The translations under genes and the position numbers were made by a program. Of a stretch of 64,000 nt of DNA, positions 25,300-38,711 are shown one piece after another. Source of the DNA: Podarcis melisellensis (Eukaryota); assembly GCA_964234715.1 (NCBI GenBank), contig OZ174276.1; one strand, 5' to 3'. Every line of letters begins with the position of its first letter. The stretch's first letter is position 1. The notes under the pieces were generated by a model. That model ran no database searches. It saw only the letters and a program-made list of their open reading frames with translations, and was not told where the DNA came from.

Positions 25300-26400
25300 G
25301 GGGGGGCACTGGGATCCAAATGCTTTAAAAGCAGAGGATGGGGCTCCAGAGGCCGAGCAGTCCGTCACTCGATTCCCGAAGAGAGGGGCAGCTCTGGGCC
25401 TGCCCGCTCGCCTCCTGGGGCTTCGCTTTCTGACAAGAAGAAGGATGAAGGTAGCCAGAGAAGCGCAGGTGGCGGCGGTCGCTCCGGCGGGGCTTCGTAT
25501 CTCTGGGGGCGGCCGCGGGGAAGGAGCGGCCGACAGTCTCGTCCGAGGGAGGGAAGCAGTCACTCAGCGTCGCCGCACAGAGAGACAGAGAAGGCGAACG
25601 GTGCCGCCGCTTCCAGGACAGCCTGCGGCTCGGCAAGGAGAGCGCTTCGGCGCCGCTGCTTCGGCCGCCCCGGAGCCTTCGGCCCTCCTCAGGCTTGTTG
25701 TCGGGTCCCGAGGCGGAGCCCAGTTTCGCGCGCAGCCTCCACAGACCCTCCCCAGCCCCAGGCGGTCGACTGCGGCGGAGTCAGGAGCCGCGGAAGCTCC
25801 ATGGAGGCCGACTCGGCTCCGGCCGCTTCGCGGGTCCCTCCTCTTCCTCTTCCCACCCCCACCCCCGTCGCTCAGTCCGGCCGCGCGACCAACAGCCGAA
25901 AGGGAGCTCGCGGCGCCAGCAGCCCCACCCACCGAGCAACCGTCAAGCCTTTCCCTTTCCCCCCTCAGCTTGGAAACAACGGCAGCCGGCAGTGCCCGGG
26001 CGGGTTCTTACGGCGGAACCACCAACTGCAACCTGCCGGGTAGTTTCTCGCGCCGCGTGCGCAGGCGCACTGCGCCAACCCGTTGCTCGCCCTCGTCCTC
26101 TCCCCCTCCTCCCCCCACGCACCGCCACGAGGAGGTGGGAGGGAACTCGAGTGAAAAGTCACACCCACTCCTAGGGGAGGGTGCGCGAGCGTTACAGTCA
26201 GGGACTGAGGCAGCGGAGGCGGGGCTAGTTTAAAAATAGTTGGGTTGCGCTGGATTCTGAGGGAGAGGCGGCAGCGCGGTCGCTGTTCTTGGGGAGCTGA
26301 ACCGTCGAAAAGGGAAAAGGCAGCCAGGCTCAGGGACAGCTGTGCATGCGAACTAGCTCCACATCTATATGTATCTTCCTTATATTGCTTTGCTGCAACC
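25300..26400 (-). promoter_or_regulatory. CpG island / RNF130 promoter and 5' leader
   Basis: Only extended GC- and CpG-rich tract in the window, directly upstream of RNF130; NRF1-type TGCGCAGGCGCA at 26058-26069; GC box GGAGGCGGGGC at 26215-26225. Confidence 0.88.
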
Positions 26401-27082
26401 CCTCCCCCCTCCACACACTCATTGGACACTGAGGCAGGACTAGTGTGTGTGTGTGTGTGCTCCCAATAGAAACTGACCCTTTCTCCTCCGCCGTTACCAG
26501 TCGATCGAAGCTGAGTGTCATTATTATGCCCTCTTCCGAGGGAGCGAAAGCAGGGCAGCGACATCCGTCATGTCACCCTCAAGCAAATCACTCCTTCGCT
26601 CAGTCCGTTTACCTCACACCGGCCATTCCATTTCCCAGCCATAAGCCCCCTTTTCCTTCCCGCATTATGCTGTGCCTTCCACACGTTGACATAATAGTTA
26701 ACGACACGACACTCCTCCCCGTCATTTTAGGAAGAAATTGCCTCACAAATTCACTTCTCTGATGAGAGCTAGAAATCCCCTCAGGTTACGCGCCACCCAC
26801 ATTTCTCTGGGACCCAAGTCCCCTCAAGCCCGCATAATTCACCTTGCCTTGCTCCGGCGGAAGGGCCAAAATCAGTGCTAAAGCTGCACATTCAGAAGGT
26901 CCCGGGTCCAGCCTCTTTCATCTCCAGGTAAGGCTGGGAACTATTCCTTTCTGAAACCCTGCAAAGATTTTGCCGGTTGGTGTAGACCAGGAATACATGC
27001 CAGAGGTCGGTGAAGCCTGAGATCCCTCTTACATAGACACACAAACAGCTTTCCCCCAATCCCTCTTTCTCATGCACGGGCT

Positions 27083-27086
<4 letters not shown>

Positions 27087-27116
<30 letters not shown>
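27087..27116. repeat. (TG)n microsatellite
   Basis: Read directly. Confidence 0.95.
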
Positions 27117-27118
<2 letters not shown>

Positions 27119-28428
27119 GGGGTCTCATGAGGGTCATTTGCCTGGGCGTCAAGATTTCTTCTGCACCTCCTTCTGATATGCCTATGTATTAAGTTGTTAG
27201 TGAGTGCATAGTGTAAGCAGGTCTCTTCTGGCTCCTTTTTAATAAGTTAAAACCTCATATGCCAAATTACATTTCATTGGGGTTAAATGTGGCTTAAGCC
27301 ATATCCTGATAGAAGAGAAACTTTTTGTCCCACTGGCAATATGCTGGCCAGACAGTGGATTCACAAAAATGTCAAGCTACAGAAGCTGCCTATTTACCCT
27401 CTGCCAGTCTATCTATACAGCACCTTCTGCTCTGTCCCTCTTGATTCAAAGGGAAGAGCCTGGACTGTATCACCAGCTACCAAAACCAGAAGAGACTTCC
27501 TGACATATGCCAAATATATCCTTAATTATATTGTACCTTTATGTGGGTTTTGACTGGAACCTGGTGTGAGAGCCAATCCTGACTGAAAAGCAGTACATAA
27601 ATAAGTTAATATTATGTAGTGCAATCCCATGTATTTTGCTTAGAAGGGACTCTTATCTAGTTACTTAGGAGTAATACAATTAAACACAGCATAATTTACT
27701 TATGAGTAAATGCACTTAGAATTGCACTGTGATTCATTTTACTAAATATAAACATCCCATTCTTGTTATACCTTGTATCATCAACCAGCTTTTCCTCTCT
27801 TGGTGTTTAGTAGTCCTTCATTGTGACTACTGTATTGAGAGTGTGGAGAATGAACACATTTACTTCACAGCAGAAGAATGGGCTTAGCATGTGTTTCATC
27901 TACATCCACACGTTTCATACATACAGAATACTCATTTGGCTATTATGGGTGCACATTTTTCAATGTTGGGGTTAAAGATTCATCTCCATCTTGGTCATAC
28001 ACCGATCAATATTTCATAGATGAAGATCAGGGTATCACTGGGGTGGGGGAAGACTTGTGGCTGTCACCTGTGCTGGCAATAAAGGGGGAGAGGCTACAGA
28101 ATTTGTCCATGCTGTAGCACAGTTTTTGTTAGAGTTTTAATCAGCCTTCTACAACTTATTTAAAAATATTTATAGGCTGCCTTTATGACTAAAATCCCCT
28201 CCAAGTGGCTTACACAATAACACATAAAAACATTTCCTGAAAATATTAAAACAGAATACAATTCTAAAACTTCCAATAAAGCTCACAACATTAATAAAAG
28301 CCATAATAATAAATACACATGCATCCCAGGAATAAAACATAATTTGCAGAAGTGCAATGGCAGCATAAGGTATCACTCATAAATAAGCCACTGAGACTAA
28401 GCGGGTTGTCAAGGCCTTTCTGAAGACC

Positions 28429-28465
<37 letters not shown>
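28429..28465. repeat. (AAT)n microsatellite
   Basis: Read directly. Confidence 0.95.
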
Positions 28466-31400
28466 TAATAATAAAATTTTTTTATTTATAAACAGTACTA
28501 ACTGTATAGCAGCCAGCTGGCAGTGAATTCTGGAATCATGGGCTATCACGGAGAAAGCCCTCCACATTGTGCCCACCATCTTGGTGGCATGCAAGTGAGA
28601 ATGGCCTCAGTTGTTGGTCATAACGTGAAAAGATTGGTATTAGTGAACTTGGTCCTTCAAATTACTTGGATCCAATCCCTCTAAGGTTTTAAAAGTTAAA
28701 ATTGGCAAATTGGGCTTGGAAAGCACACCAGCAACCAGTGCAAGTGGCACAATAATGGTGTCCTATGACACAAATACTAGCACCCATCAGGATTCATGTG
28801 GCTACATTCTGAACTAGTTAAAAGTTTCTGAGTCATGTTAAAGGCAGCCCCCCCCCCACATTTCAATAGTCAAGCCTAGCTTGCCTGTGAGAAGGGCATG
28901 GGTTACTGTCTGAACTTTCCAGAGAAGGTTGCAGTTGGTGCACCAGCAGATGCACCATATACATAAATAATACCACCACATGTAACAATGGTAAAGTAGT
29001 TGTAATTTTGTTCATCAATATGGAACATCCCATTCATGTGAATCTATCTTGAGATTAGTATCTAAGGTCTTGCCTTGGCCCTGCCATTATCAGAAATACT
29101 AGAAACAGGGTCCTCTCAGGGGTGGCTCCCTGACTGTGTATCTCACTACCTAGTGAGATTTGCCAGCACCCTCACTCACAGACTTTAGGTATGTGCTAAA
29201 GACTAGCCTGAGTCTGAAGGCCTTTTAACTGTCATATTGGACTCCTGTTTTATATAGCTGTTGGGTTGTTGTTTTTTGTATTGCTTGCTATATTTAATTG
29301 GTTTTAACTTGTATTTATTCCAATTTATTCTTTTAAATTGCTTTCTGAAGGCTTTTTGCTCTGAAAAGTGGGTACACAGATAAATAAAATAAATATGCAT
29401 GAAACCACTCCGGATCACTTTTTATGTCCTCAGAAATGGATGCCACAAAAAATCCAAAAAGAAAACTCAGAAGCAACCTTCCATCTAACATTTATGATGG
29501 TTAAATACACTGTTTTGTTTTTTATTTTTAGTATTTGTTGCAGAAAATATTTGTGTTTTGAAGCAAATAACCACCTGTCTGCTCTGCAGAGACATGTCCT
29601 GCCTAGTTATTTTGTTAGCAGCAATGGAAAGCAATTGAGAGCAATTATTAATCTTTAGCAGTGTGGTTAAATGTTTCCTTTTGGAGAAGCTAATGTGTTT
29701 GTTGTGAATGATACACTTGATCACCAGTGTGAGGAATCTAGAAGCAAATTGCATTGTGCTAGTTTAATTTTTCCTTTAATGAGGGCCAAGTTTCCCTCCT
29801 CTTCTTGGGTGGCTTTCAACAAATGCAGTACGCATTGTGCGTGCTTGTGAGAGCAAACATTGACCCACAAAACCCACTAAAGGCAGATAACTTGTGGATC
29901 TGTAAAATCCTCAGAGATGTCATTTATGAAAAGCTCTATAGAAATGTCAATATAATACAGGAAATGTTTTTGAAGTGGTAGCTGAATGTTCTGCTTTCAC
30001 ATCACATCTCCCCCACCCCCCACCCCCGTGCTTGGGAAATGCAAGGTGATGAACCACAGTGGGTCCACTAATGGCCTTTTAAGCATTCTGCAAAAACTCT
30101 TCATCCTGTACTCAGGGGACTATGCAGCAACAAAAATGACAAATATTCACATTTCACTAGTGTCCTTCACAAGAAATATTTACTGTGTCTAACAGTGGGC
30201 AGATTGCTTGACAACGTTTAATGTTTTCCATGCGTCTTTGCTATTGAAAATAATACACTTATTATTTTAACAGAAAAAATGGGTTCCTGTATTTGTTCTG
30301 TCACAGGAATCAGGAGACAGCTCTGTGGGAAAACAGCTTGCATTTTATAGCAAAATTAGAACAACCTTATTAGTTCACGTCTAGCCCACTTGCATCTGCT
30401 TTTACTTGAAGCTATAAGAAAATAATAGAGCTATAATGAACCAATCCATTTTCTATCGTTGTACTACATTCTATAATGAGTGTTTGTTACTGTACATTCC
30501 ATCTTGTATCTGAATTCACACACATGACTGTGACCAGCTGCAATGCCTAGCAGATCTTGCTAGATCCTTCTGACTACAATGAATATTTTTATACCTGTTA
30601 CATACTATAGGTGGTCAGACTCTTGGTCCATCTAGCCTATTACTGAATATTCTGTCTGGGAAAAGTTATTTCAGATCCCAGAAAGAGATTTCCCCCATCA
30701 CATTATTTATTTCTTTCTTTATTTCTTTATTTCTTTATTTTTTTATTTTTCATCTGGAGGTGCCAGGGGTTTAACCTAGGCTCTTCCACATGCAAATCAT
30801 GTGTTTTATAACTGATGTGTGGTGCCACCCAGTAGCAGAAAGGCACAGAAACAGGCCTAGCTAAAATTATTCTGCTGTTTGGAATCAGTCCTGTGCACAT
30901 GGCACAGTATGTAGACTTGGCTGAGCTATCTGCACATTTGTGTTAAGAAACGTACCATTAACAATAATTAAATAAGCACGTGAAATCTCTCCTGCCAGTC
31001 TTTTCTGATTTTTCATTGCCTTTACACTCCTTTTCAGTATACAGGCATGCTTTTTTCCAGGATACTGTACTCCATTACCTATCAGCAAACCAGGAAAATA
31101 AAGCCAGGATCAATCCTCACTTGTTTTCTTGGTTTGCTGACATTTAGACAGAGTTCACTGGTTTGGACGTAGCAGGAAACTTTGATTTAATACATCTAGA
31201 CTTTTCATACCAAAGAACCCAATGCACAGTTGGAGGAGTGGAGAAGCAGAGGAGAAGCATTCATTCCTGATGCTTGTTCCTGGCTTCATAAACCATGGCT
31301 TATGACGCTGGAAAGGCTCAATCAAACTGTGCAAATAAAAAAGGGTTACAAAACTACAATCCAGAAGGGGAAATTGCAAAATATCACCTATGCCTCAGGC

Positions 31401-32365
31401 ACCAGAACAAAAGTACTAGTTATACAGAAAATGCCTTGCTGTTCCACTGATTGCTCAGAACTGGTCTTGTGCTTTCATTGCTGTAGAGAAATTTCACAGT
31501 TCTACAGTGAATAATATCTCCCAATCTAGTGCAACTTTATTGACAGCTCAGCTGTACTGTAAAGTGTCACCACATCAGTGGAATTGACAGTGTTCACTTT
31601 TATGCAAAGCAGAAAATTCTTGGGAAGAATGCTGCTTTTCTAAATGTGTAAATGTCACGGTAGGACCTTGTGTCCCTCATGTAAGCAGTAACACCAGAAC
31701 TAAAATCAGCAGCAAAAGCTGCCTGCTTGTCTCCTTGAAATTCCTTCCTATGCAGAATTTATGAAATCTGTCTATAATATCAGCAACAGAGGATAGAATA
31801 GCATCATAGGTGAATATAGAGCTTATGAATATCTAGAGCAGGGGTGTAACGAATATCACAACAGTTTATATAACAAGTTTTCACTGCATTTGGTTCTGCT
31901 GGGTGACAGCTAAAGTTTTAGAAATGTTTTGGAGATGTAGATTTTGTTTTGTGCTACGTAAATCTCTGAATAGCGGGATGTTCCAGGGAAATCTTAATTC
32001 TATAGAGCAGTTTTCCTTTGGCTAAAGTAACACTAGAGACTTAGTGTGGCATTTGTAATAAACTGCCTATTTACAAATGTACAAGCTGAGCAGGCAGGAA
32101 ACCCAAGCAAGTGGACAAAATTCTAGCCTCATCCCAGCACACTATTAAAGATCAGTTCTACTGGTTGGCACCATTTTATAACCTTTTGTAACCAATTTGC
32201 ATTATCCATGGATTGGGTCAGCGTCAGAAGATTTTAGCTCTCTTGGCACATCCATTTTTCACACAGATTGAGCAAATACAGCCTCCCTCCAAGAAGGTGT
32301 GTCTACCTACATTAGACTAAATAAAGGGCAACAAGACTGATAGTAGTGACTAGCCAGTAAGGAAA

Positions 32366-32550
32366 TACTGTATTTACTCAAAGGTAATGCACATCTTTTT
32401 TGGCCAAATTAACATTGCGAAAATTAGGGTGCACATTAGATTTGATGGTGCATATTACCTTTGGCAGCAAATACTTTTTTGGTTTCAAGGTTTTGAAAAT
32501 TGAGGTGCGCATTAGATTCAAAGGCACGTTAGATTTGCGTAAATACAGTA
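32366..32550. mobile_element. Tc1/mariner-type MITE
   Basis: TA-ctgtatttac ... gtaaatacag-TA perfect TIR; internal repeats ggtgc(a/g)cattagatt. Confidence 0.8.
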
Positions 32551-32861
32551 CATTCTGTTCACTATCTACTATCAAACAATTAGAACATAGAAAGAAAGCT
32601 CTAGCTCTTTGCTTAGCCCAACAGCACAACATAGCTGTAACACTATTATTTATAGCAAGTGGAAGCTGCAACAAAATGTTGCTCTCCAGTGCTCCAGCCA
32701 GTTAGTCACCTATGCTCCCTTCCAGCATACTCCATTCCATACTCCACTCTCCCTGGTCTTTTACCAACCCTACCAACCCCCCCCCAACAAAAAAAACCAA
32801 CGTACACAAAAATTTGGAAAGAAGAGTGATTTTAAATGCACTAAATAATAACAGTATTCTG

Positions 32862-33053
32862 TGGAACATAGGAAGTTGCCTTATACCAAGTCAGACCATT
32901 GTTCTGTTTAGCTCAGTATTGTTTACACTGACTGGAAGCAGCTGGCTAGGGTTTCAGGCAGGGGACATTCCCAGCCCTACCTGGAGATGCCAGTGAATAA
33001 AACTGGGACCATCCATATGCAAAACAGATACTCAGCCACTGAGCTACAGCCCT
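32862..33053 (-). mobile_element. tRNA-derived SINE with CR1-like tail; related copy at ~30610-30830
   Basis: Reverse strand begins gggctgtagctcagtggc (tRNA A box) and ends gcaacttcctatgttcc. Confidence 0.7.
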
Positions 33054-33525
33054 TTGCTGTGACCATTGAGCATGATCTCAACCCCTTGGGGATTGGGGTT
33101 GGTTGGTCTCAATAGTTTATTTTCTTTTTGTTCCTTTGCAATCCTCCTGGTTCTCCCTCCCTCTTGCTTTCCAGCAGCTCTGTTTTGGCTACAATCCTAA
33201 TGGCACTCACAGCTTTTTAATATAATTCTTCCATGTGCTTATGTACACAGATGGTGCTATATTTGTATGAAGTAAATAATTCTACGACTATTTTGTTTCA
33301 AATGAGTCAAAGCACCTTATCAAGTCAGTCCAGCCATTCATTAAGAAATCAAAATGAGAAAGAGGTACAAAAACCCTGGGTGCATTCATACAACAAACCA
33401 GACAACTTGACGTGCTGCTGTTATTCAGAAGTAAATCTGCAGCACAGCTATATACAAAAGCACAAACACTCCTGCATGGGCAAAGAGAAATGAAAGTAAA
33501 TCGTCCAATGGGAAATATTTTCATA

Positions 33526-33892
33526 TACAGTACAATAGCATTTTGTGTGCAATTAACTTGTACGATCTCAACCTTGTATGGTTGAAAACTGTCCGGTTGA
33601 AATCCCACAAATTAATTGCACACAAGGTGAAGAGCTTAAAAGCTCCTTTTTTGTTGAGTTTTCCTGGTGGAAAGAGCTTTTAAGCATGCATACTAGGTTC
33701 TGGGATGTTTTTGCTGGAACTTGGAACATCTCAGAGCTGGCACAAGAGCATCCTTGAGCCCACTAAGTAAGGCAGAGAGCTTTTAAGCTTGGAAGGTACA
33801 GGTGGTTGCCTGGAAGTAGTTCAGAACTACATGAGTTTGCATATACTCACCATCCTTGGAACATAACCCCCCCCCATGCACAATTGTACTGT
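33526..33892. mobile_element. Tigger/pogo-like MITE
   Basis: TIR acagtacaat / attgtactgt; internal agagcttttaagc repeats. Confidence 0.6.
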
Positions 33893-34949
33893 CTTTCTAA
33901 TCAGGCAAAGCAGCATTCATTAGTGTTTATTACATTACGTACTTTAATTGGTGAACAAACTAAAGTCCTTAGGAAACAAAACACACAAATCAGTGGCAGA
34001 TCTATTGACAGAATAAAAGGAGCTGAACTCTTCTTGACCCTTCCGTCCTTTAATATCTTAAATCCCACCACACATACTTTATTCTTAGACCCCTTCTCTC
34101 TTTATACTAGGGCAGACCCCAGTCTCTTGGATCCAGTTTCTTCTATGTTGTCTTCTTCCACCTGCCTCTCTCCTTTTCCCCAGGTACAGCTTTTATTTCC
34201 ATTAAGACCTTGTCATCCAAGATTCTCTCTGTAATCATCTTTTCTGTAGCTTGCATGAGCTCAGATTCTCTATGCCTCATCCCTAGTATCGTTTTCACTA
34301 GAGGAACAGGAGTGCGCCTAAATGCCCAGACATCAGAACACTAGGACATTCGGCAGAAATTAAATGACTCCACAATATTTTCTTTTGAAGAAGCATTATA
34401 ATTCCTCTAAGCTTTATGAACAGATATGATTAGTGGATAGTTCTTAATGAAAAGTAGAAAGGTATATAGGCCATAATAGGTTTTCCTTGATGCTAAGGAT
34501 AAAGAGAAAATGAGGTCTATAGCATTTAAAGATTTGTTTGGGAATACAGTAAATGTAAAATAAAAAAATGAACCAAGCGTGCCTCATGTACTTTCCATTT
34601 ACTGACAATCTAACAGATAGCTTTAAGATTTTTTTTTTACTAAGAAATCAACATATCTGACACTTGCTGACAAGCAATAGTGTGCTGTGCATGAGGCTCT
34701 GTGTAGAAATAGCTGCTAAATAGACAGCTATGATTCTTATTAATATATATACTGCGTATATGCCAAAATGGTTCCTAAGTGTTTTACAACAATAAAATCA
34801 ATACATCATTAAAACACACAATAACAATTCAATTGTGCCCAAAACATCCTTAATTAAAATATGCAATAAAACAAACAATTAAAAAACTGTTTTTAAAGCA
34901 GTTTTAAAAACAAAAACACAGTTGAAACCATCAAACCAGGAGTTCAGTT

Positions 34950-35620
34950 CAAGGGGATGCTTGCCTAAACAGATGTGTCTTCAGGAGCTGGCAGAATGCC
35001 AATACTGATGGAGTCTCTTATATATCAGCAGGGAGGGCATTCCACAACATTGCTGCTGCCAGTGAAAAAGCCCATGTTACCACAAGCCTGTAATTATTGC
35101 AAAACTAAATTAGTTCCTTTAGCTGATCTTACTGCCCTTGCTAGGCAGTGAATAAGAATACTTTTTTCAGTGAACCTGGTCAGCTTATTTAGATTTTGTA
35201 TGTAAGTATCTATCAAATTGACACTTTCTGAAACAAGATGCAAACCAAAGCACAGCTTCAAAATTCACTCATCCAAATTTAGCATTGTATTTTGCCAACC
35301 AATATTTACAAAAATGCATGTATTAGGATAAATTACTTGCACAAATGTGTACATTACTGAAAACTGTATACAATTGTTTATTAGGAGAAATTCACACTAA
35401 AATGCTGGTGAATTTTCAAAATTTTCAACAAATTGCTGCAAAATGTGGAGAACTGGGTTTAAGATTGGAAAAATGAGAATCTGAGATGTGAAATAGACAG
35501 ATTCTTCCATCCCTACTCTGGACCAGCTGCAAGGAAAGCCCAACAAAGCTTGCATTACAATAGTCCAGACAATTTACTAATATATATGCCACAGTGAACA
35601 CATTACCCATGCCCAGGAAA
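34950..35620 (-). mobile_element. L2 LINE fragments interrupted by a hAT-type MITE (~35200-35515, ending catcccta)
   Basis: CLDYCNA...LQLVQ motif at 35515-35610; L2-like 3' region at 34950-35190. Confidence 0.55.
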
Positions 35621-36222
35621 GCTTTGCTACCTTAGCTCACCTGCTGGAAGGACAAATGGTACCTGTTGGATTGAATTATCACACCCCAAACTGGTGGATG
35701 CTTCAGTCAAAGGTGACAGAGCACAAATGACTCTAGCATTCAGAACTGTGTGTTGGATTAAAGGTCTCACATTACCCTTTTGCATATGCAGGTGACCCAG
35801 TCCAGAAGTAGTTTGCTCACCCCCACCAACATCACTACACTGAATACATCTATGTCAGTTGTTTGTGTGTGCACAAACATTTTCAGCACAGGTGTGTGTA
35901 GCAAAATGCTTACTTCATCATTGCTTAGGTTTTCTGAACAAGAACAGCCATATTCTGGGGTATATTTTATGGCTTATTTTTTTTAAGCTGGTAAGTACAT
36001 GAGTTAAGTCATTAAAGTTTAGTGTGGGACAGTTACTGGTCCAGATGTGTGTCTAGTAAAAACAACAACTGATTTGCAAGTTTCAGAGTGATTTGCTGAT
36101 TGTAATACTGATCAGTCACTTAAGCCATCTTGTGTCTGTCACACACAAAAGCACACCCTTGTAGTCTTCATAAATTAATTTGGAATAAGCACTGGCCATT
36201 ATGTTCAAAGCTATGAAGGACA

Positions 36223-36477
36223 TACAGTCGTACCTTGGTTTGCGAACACCTTGCAACGCGAACATTTTGGCTCCTGGACAGCGCAAACCCGGAAGTGAGT
36301 GTTCCAGTTTGTGAACATTCTTTGGAACCCAAATGTCCAGCACGGCTTCCGTAGCTTCTGATTGAGTGCAGGAAGCTCCTGCAGCCAATCGGAAGCTGCG
36401 CCTTGGTTTCCGAACATTTTCAGAAGTTGAACTGACTTCTGGAATGGATTCCGTTCAAGAAACAAGGTATGACTATA
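36223..36477. mobile_element. Tc1/mariner-pogo type MITE
   Basis: TA flanks; TIRs cagtcgtaccttg / caaggtatgacta. Confidence 0.8.
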
Positions 36478-36854
36478 ATACTAACCCCATGTATCTGGAG
36501 GTAAGCCCCACTGAATTCATTACAGCTTCTGAGATGACAGTTAGGATTGTGCGGCTACTTCTCAGTAGACACATGCAGGATTACACTACAAATGGATTAT
36601 CAACAATATGCTTTGAGAGGATAGAAGGCATCCATACTGTTTAACAGGTCTGATTGGGAGAACAATAACCAGGGTTTTATAGCCCTAATCAAACCAGTCA
36701 AAGAATGGTAATAAATGCTACTCTTTCACCAGCTTTAAGTGTGCTAACAGTAAATTATACATATTAATTAATATTAATATGTTTGGTTGGTTTTAGCCCA
36801 TTGCAGGTAATCAATCAGTGTTTAGAATTCACAAGCAGTCTAACATTCACATTC

Positions 36855-37290
36855 TACACTAGCTGCAACCTCCAGATCACAAGGGGAGACCTACCTAGAG
36901 TGCATTGCAGTAATTCCATCTTGTTATTACCAATGCCTGGGCTGCTGTGGTCTAGAAACAGTTGCAGTTGTGACACCAGCCACAGCTGGTTCAAGGCACT
37001 CTTAGCCACACAGGCCACCTGACCTTCCAGTGACAAAGCAAGATCAGGAGCACATACAATGTAGCTGCTCCTTCATGGTATAGTCCCATCTAGGGCAGGC
37101 AATTGACTGACCTCCTGGATCCAGAAGTCATTCACACACAGAGCCTCCATCTTGCCATGATTCAGACTCAGCTTATTAGCCCCCATCAGCCCACTAATAA
37201 ATCCAGACACTGGGCCAGGGCTTGCACAGTCACTCCTGATTACAGAGAAGTAAAGTTGACTGTCATCAGTGTACTGATGAGACACAGGGG
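36855..37290 (-). mobile_element. L2-clade LINE reverse-transcriptase fragment
   Basis: HQYTDDSQLYFS (degenerate YADD), NKLSLNHGKME, IWRLQLV motifs; frameshifted. Confidence 0.75.
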
Positions 37291-37474
37291 GCCAAGACTC
37301 CTAGCTGTCATGATTTGTTTTAAAATAAGCCTCCAGCCCTTTTAAGGAGTGTTATGAAGCAAATCCTGTAGACACTGTTCTAATCAATTCCATTGTGAGA
37401 AATGAGCCTTCTCCCACCTTTCAGTGTTTGTAGACAATTAGTGAAGCCACAGTTAGACTGATGAGTGTTCTAAA

Positions 37475-37605
37475 GAAAATTAAAGTCATATACTCACCAG
37501 GGAAGATCAAAATAGCTTCAATATGAAGATGGAGAAAGGACTTTCTGGCTTATTTTGAAGCCGTTTTGAGATCATCCTGGTGAGTCTATGAGTAATTTAT
37601 TTCTA
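37475..37605. repeat. Long imperfect inverted repeat (fold-back)
   Basis: tcatatactcaccaggg...caaaatagcttcaa pairs with ttgaagccgttttg...cctggtgagtctatga; inner agaaag/ctttct. Confidence 0.8.
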
Positions 37606-38711
37606 CATTCAGACAATGGAAAAGAAATCTCATTTCATCTTTCTAATTCAGGTCCAATTTAATGAGAAGTCCCCCCCCCCACTAAATATGAAAACATTCT
37701 TAAAAACCTTGTGAATATATATAGTTACTAAATTCGTATTAAAGGTGTGGCATTATGAGGGGATCTTCAGCAAAACCTGTCCTGCTTCCTTAGCCTAGTT
37801 TGAGCTGAACGTGCATTTCAGAAGGCAATAAAGGATTTGCCAAGGAATGCAAGTGGTAGAGGACCCAACAACATTCTGGAGAATGCTTGGCAACTTTTGC
37901 CCACAAACCCATGACTGTCATAAGGCTTCCTCTTTACTGCAATAGTTCCTGTTTATAAAAGTGTAGAATTGCTGTATAAAAATTAACACAGCAGCAGTAA
38001 AACAAAGTACATTCTGGAACTGTGCTTGGAATTCTATTAAGTGCTATGGAAATATGGATTTTCTTTAAATTCACATACATCTGGTTACATTATGTATGAT
38101 ATGGAGAAGTGCATCCTGTCCATTTTACAGACTGGAAAATGAGACTGGAGAAGAATCCCAAATCACACAGGGTATCTTTGACACCAAAGAGGCCCAACAA
38201 AGATCTTGCAAGTTATAGATAACCACTCTATAAATAGCTCATCCGTCTCCCTCTCAAATGTGAATTTGGAGCCTAAGAAACAATTCTTGATTCTTACCAG
38301 CCAATTTCAATTAACTCCAGAAGTATTTTTTCCACACACGGGACTTTTCATACATCTTAATTGATTAAAAATGTATATTACTCCATACAGACAACAGATG
38401 CATTTCTACAGTGCCTTTAAGAGGTTACAACAGTGGCAGAAGATCCAACAGAAAAGAGGTTACTTTTCTGCGGTTTTGTCCTGCGATAGTCCTGTAATTT
38501 TGAAGTGCCTTTCTATATATTCATGCTATTTAAGATCTAGAGTCTGCATTAAAATTAGACACTTGCCCATACCGAGGGCAAACTGATTCTTTCTCAGAGT
38601 TTCTCAAAACACTGCAAATCTATTCAAGGGAAATGGGAATCAGATGAATACTACCCAGACTTTTAATGCTTCCACTTAGTGAAAACTAGAAAGAGATATA
38701 TTGTAGAATGC

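Noticed and set aside
25445-26564. Long overlapping ORFs (262, 199, 159, 122 aa)
   Set aside because: Low-complexity Ala/Pro/Arg/Gly translations expected from a stop-poor CpG island; no domain recognised.
26755-26780. Other CUGANGA...GAAA matches (also near 37458, 52366, 57282)
   Set aside because: They lack pairable stems I/II and a cleavage triplet, so they are not hammerheads.
27878-28117. 79-aa ORF containing EDLWLSP, which resembles FLT4 exon 22
   Set aside because: Only a 7-residue match on the opposite strand; the surrounding sequence has no kinase similarity.
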